From: Coleofasciculus chthonoplastes F2-STO-03
Lineage (GTDB): Bacteria; Cyanobacteriota; Cyanobacteriia; Cyanobacteriales; Coleofasciculaceae
Assembly: GCA_040222015.1 (NCBI GenBank)
Contig: JAVJWO010000014.1
Location: forward strand, 1-20,600
DNA length: 20,600 nt
Reading direction: 5' to 3'
Part shown: one piece after another, positions 16,779-20,600 of the stretch
Numbering within the stretch: the stretch's first letter is position 1
Layout of the letters: each line of letters starts with the position of its first letter
Position numbers and translations under genes: made by a program
Notes under the pieces: generated by a model
The model's database searches: none
The model's input: only the letters and a program-made list of their open reading frames with translations
Told to the model about the DNA's origin: nothing

Positions 16779-17540
16779 ATGATCAAGCGGTTTTGGCAAT
16801 GGCTAGTGCGGCTGATTCAGGGAATCGTACCGCCTTTCCTCAAACCCAAACAACACAGGCGACGGCAAAAACCCTTCAGTGATGCCGACTATTATCAGTT
16901 ATTTCGGCAATTGGTGATTGGGGTGAATCAGGGATGGAATCGGGAACAGATCCTGCAACATTTAGGATATCAGAGTAGCGATCGCGCTTTTAAGGTATGG
17001 CTGTATAACTATGGACAGCAGTTGCGCCAGTTACCAGAGGCGGATCATCAGTTTGCTTGGCAATTATTGCAGATGAGTGGCGCAGGCTGTGGAGAATTGG
17101 GGGAAATTGCGGCAGAAATTGGTACGGATTTATTGGCGAAACCCGCCGGGAAAGAGGAAGCCTATCGGGAAGATACGGGAGACGCGGATCACGGCGAAAC
17201 TGCCGAAAGTGATGCCGCCGAAACCTGGTTAGATCAAGGGAAACAGCAACTTGCAGACCAAAATTTTCTGGGTGCGATCGCGTCTTTTGACGAAGCGATT
17301 CAACACCAACCCGACTACGCCGAAGCCTGGAATAATCGGGGCTTAGCCTTAGGGAAGTTGGGAGATTATCAACGTGCGATCGCCTCTTATGAGAAAGCGA
17401 TTCAACTTAAACCGGATTACCAATTAGCCTGGTACAACTGGGGTGTAGCGATGGATAAATTAAGAGAAAAAGAAAGCGCTATATCACCGATTGAATCGTC
17501 TCCAGACATCAAAGGGATGCGTGATATTGATGTGAATTAA
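16779..17540 (+). CDS. TPR-repeat protein with an N-terminal domain shared with the downstream CHAT protein
   Basis: About 2.5 TPRs (AIASFDEAIQHQPDYAEAWNNRG; AIASYEKAIQLKPDYQLAWYNWG); no protease domain. Confidence 0.88.
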   Translation: MIKRFWQWLVRLIQGIVPPFLKPKQHRRRQKPFSDADYYQLFRQLVIGVNQGWNREQILQHLGYQSSDRAFKVWLYNYGQQLRQLPEADHQFAWQLLQMSGAGCGELGEIAAEIGTDLLAKPAGKEEAYREDTGDADHGETAESDAAETWLDQGKQQLADQNFLGAIASFDEAIQHQPDYAEAWNNRGLALGKLGDYQRAIASYEKAIQLKPDYQLAWYNWGVAMDKLREKESAISPIESSPDIKGMRDIDVN

Positions 17541-17542
17541 AA

Positions 17543-17686
17543 CCCCTCTCCCCCAGCCCCTCTCCCACTCCGGGGAGAGGGGAGCAAGAGGTATGTAAGA
17601 GGAAGTAGTTTAGAGACTTATCATAGTATATTGAACAGTCTGGTTCCCCTTCTCCCTCGATGGGAGAAGGGGTTAGGGGATGAGGG
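17543..17686. repeat. Inverted pair of C/G-rich hairpin repeats (cyanobacterial dispersed repeat / MITE-like)
   Basis: CCCCTCTCCC-ACTCCG-GGGAGAGGGG (17557-17582) and CCCCTTCTCCC-TCGAT-GGGAGAAGGGG (17646-17672) with mutually complementary outer tails. Confidence 0.8.
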
Positions 17687-17711
17687 TGACAAGTTCGAGA
17701 GACCCAATTAA

Positions 17712-17746
17712 TCAATTATCAATTATCAATTATTAATTGTCCATTG
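17712..17746 (+). repeat. STRR-type heptamer array (TCAATTA)x3 plus degenerate units
   Basis: Read directly. Confidence 0.8.
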
Positions 17747-17794
17747 ATAAAATAACGATATACACTAAAACAATACCCCCTTTTCGACAAGCCA

Positions 17795-20387
17795 ATGGTG
17801 AAGCGGTTTTGGCGGTGGCTAATCCGGCTAATTCAGCCGATATTACCCCCCCTTCCTCAAACAGAAACGACACAGGCGGGTGAAACGTCAACGCCTCAGT
17901 GATACAGACTATCAGCAGCTATTTGGACAACTGCTAACGCGGGTGAGTCAGGGATGGAACTCACAAGAGGTATTCCAACATTTAGGACATCGGATGAATG
18001 ACCGCTATTTTAAGGCGTGGCTGCGAGAGTATGGGAAGCGGTTACGGAAATTGCCAGACGCGGATCATCAGTTGGCGTCGCAGTTGGTGCGGTTGAGTCG
18101 GGTAGGGTGTGGGGAATTGGGGGAAATTGCCGCAGAGATTGGTAGGGAGTTGTTAATGAAACCTGCGGGAAAAGGGGAGGAAGTGGCGGCGGTGGAACAA
18201 AGGAAGAGGGTATCGGCTGAGACATCGCCTTCAGATTCGATTAGTTCTATTGAAAATAGCGATAGTGAGCAGGCAAAAGCGTGGTTTAATCGAGGGAATC
18301 AGCAAGCAATGGCTGGGGATTTTCTCGGTGCGATCGCGTCTTATGATAAAGCCCTTCAATTCAAACCTGATTTCCACCAAGCTTGGTACAACCGGGGTGT
18401 GGCGCTGGCTGATTTAGGAGAATATAAAGAAGCGATCGCATCTTATGATAAAGCCCTTCAATTCAAACCTGATTTCCACCAAGCTTGGAACAACCGGGGT
18501 GTGGCTGCTGGAAAATCCCCACACTATAATCCCGAAGCGGCGACTTTTTTACAGTTCCAATTCCCCAATACCTCCCCAATCTTGCCTAATCCTACTTTAA
18601 CTCAACGGGGTTATCAAGGGGCATTGTTATCTTTTCAGGAAGGCTTAAAGCATTGTCCCCAAGACACCCACCCCGAAGGTTGGGGACAATTGCATCAAGC
18701 AATAGGAAACGCCCACTATAAGGAAGGAAAGTACCAGCGCAATTACCGCGACTCTTGGGATAAAGCCGTAACCGAATATCACCAAGCCTTGATTACCCTC
18801 ACCCCAGACGCCTATCCTGAACTGCATTTAGAGGTTCTCCAAGACTTAATTCGTGTCTTATTGGGCTTAAAGCAACACACAGAAGCCAAGAAACGGCGCA
18901 ACCAAGGCTTAACCGTATTCCAAACCCTATTAAATAGTCAAAAATCCACATTCCAGAAACGCCAACTCCTGGCTAAATTCCTCCCATTCTCCCAAATGCG
19001 GGTTGATGATTTAGTCGAAGAGGGTGAACCTACCTTGGCATTAGAAGCTGCCGAGATGAATAAGAATCTCTATCTCACCTGGATACTTGACGCCCGAAAT
19101 GAAACCACGCTTAGTCCTAATTATCGTCAGATTCAATCCCTCACCAATCCCACAACCGCGATTGTTTATTGGCATCTGAGTCCAAATGCCCTGACGACGT
19201 TTATTATTAAACACAATAGCGAAAATCCGATTATTATTGATGCGCCTCTCTCCGCGTCGGGGGAAGTCAGGGGGATTAAACTCTTAGAGGATTGGATTAA
19301 AACCTGGGATGAATATTATCAATATTATCGTAAGAATCCCGCCCAGCCCCCCGACTATAAAAAAGCGAAGCAAGAATTGGGGCAATCTTGGCAGGATAAT
19401 TTACCTAATTTACTGGAAGAATTACAGCATATCCTGAATATTACTGCCATTTTAACTCAACTGAATTCCGAATCCATAACCAATCCCAGCACTCACATTC
19501 AAAATCTAATTCTGATTCCCCATCGCGACTTACACCGCTTTCCTATTCATGCATTATTTCCCGATACCTTCACGATTACCTATCTCCCCAGCGCCCAAAT
19601 TGGACTCCATTTAAATAACCGTGGAGAGATACAACCTATTTTGCCCCTACAGGTAGACTATCCGCCTCACAAAGACTGTGAACTACTTCCTTACGCAGCA
19701 ATTGAATCAGCCGCGATTGCTCAATTGTTCCCCAATTCTCAGCGCATTTCCGGTGATCAAGCCACGAAAACTACGGTTACTGATGCCCTTAACGGAAATT
19801 ACACTATCTTCCACTTTACCGGACATGGAACCTATAATAATGAGATGCCCCAAAACTCGGCATTACTCCTGAATCATCAAGATAAATTAACGATTAACGA
19901 TATCCGTCAGCTTTCTCTAAAGTCCTATCAACTTGTCACCCTCGCCGCCTGTGAAACGGCGCTTACTGGAAGAGAAACGATTGAAAAAGATTATGTGGGA
20001 TTAGTCAGTGCGTTTGTTTATCAAGGGGTTTCCCATGTGTTAAGTACGCTGTGGACAATTCCTGATGATATGAGTAGTTTACTGTTTATCGTTTATTTTT
20101 ACTGGCAACTGAAAAAAGGTAAACCGCCTGCGGTGGCGTTGGCGAAGACTCAAGAGTGGTTACGGAATCTCACGAATAAGAAGCTGGCGCGATATTATCA
20201 GGTGATTTTTCAAAGATTACCCAGAGAGGAGAACCCGCTGCGCCCTTTTGTTAGAACGAAATTAGGAGAAATTGGTGTAATGGAACGGGATGAGTTACAA
20301 GAAAAAATATTTGATCATCCCTATTATTGGGCTGCGTTTACGATTACAGGTTCCCTCTTTCTCCCCTCTCCTGTACAAGAAAAGTGA
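17795..20387 (+). CDS. TPR-CHAT (caspase-like peptidase) protein; +1 frameshift in C7 run at 17846-17852, intact ORF from GTG 17880
   Basis: TPRs at about 18270-18500; LILIPHRDLHRFPIHAL, HFTGHG (His 19824-19826), LAACET (Cys 19950-19952), HPYYWAAF; ATG 17795 aligns with the paralog start. Confidence 0.9.
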
Positions 20388-20490
20388 AACATCCTTTATC
20401 CTCCCCCATGCAAAAAAAGCGAAGCATCCTTTGTCATCCCTCCTTGCAGGGGGGAACGAGGGGGGTTGGGAGAGGGGCTGGGGGTGAGGG
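20361..20490 (+). repeat. Composite C/G-rich dispersed repeat overlapping the CHAT gene stop
   Basis: CTCCCCTCTCC ... GGGAGAGGGGCTGGGGGTGAGGG arms enclosing two imperfect AAAAG(T/C)GAA(A/G)CATCCTTT..TCCC..TGCA units. Confidence 0.7.
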
Positions 20491-20600
20491 CTGGAGACAG
20501 GTAGGGACAAAAACCACACATAACTTTACATAAATTGTCTTGACAAACCGTCTTTGCCTGATTTATACCTGTTTGTATACAAAGTGAGAACCAAGTTCCA

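Larger units (their letters stand above)
807..18439. repeat. Dispersed HIP1 octamers (GCGATCGC)
   Basis: Seen at 807, 3166, 3916, 4008, 4930, 5307, 7914, 8622, 9038, 11777, 12626, 16699, 16978, 17274, 17376, 18330, 18432. Confidence 0.95.

Noticed and set aside
17509..17715. 68-aa minus-strand ORF, and likewise the ORFs at 20290-20533
   Set aside because: PHPLTPSP/GEGLGERG-type peptides are translations of C/G-rich repeats.
18330..18504. DGR-like template/variable repeat pair (both mismatches are at A in the second copy)
   Set aside because: Only two differences, both copies are tandem coding TPRs, and no reverse transcriptase is in the window.
252..19872. Other short ORFs nested in or antisense to assigned genes
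   Set aside because: Shadow frames without recognisable motifs or initiation signals.

Overview
Chromosomal window of a filamentous cyanobacterium (inferred from at least 17 HIP1 GCGATCGC octamers, heptamer STRR arrays and GTAG-type palindromic repeats). In order: M48 Zn-peptidase gene whose last 7 codons and stop overlap a tRNA-Leu(CAA) gene; a small basic ORF whose stop codon sits at the far end of the U-tract of its own intrinsic terminator; Ser/Thr kinase; metallophosphoesterase; K-channel-like protein; Uma2 nuclease; three toxin-antitoxin modules (two PIN toxins broken, one RelE/YafQ-like pair intact); HTH-NB-ARC ATPase; PDZ/radical-SAM protein; a hypothetical protein; a four-gene carbohydrate ABC importer; and a duplicated pair of TPR genes, the second carrying a CHAT (caspase-like) protease and a +1 frameshift in a C7 run. 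The best candidate for an undescribed system is the peptidase-tRNA-small ORF locus: both protein genes are predicted to yield non-stop mRNAs, and the small protein has a KGKGGS motif reminiscent of the ribosome rescue factor ArfA. All calls are from reading the sequence; no searches were run.
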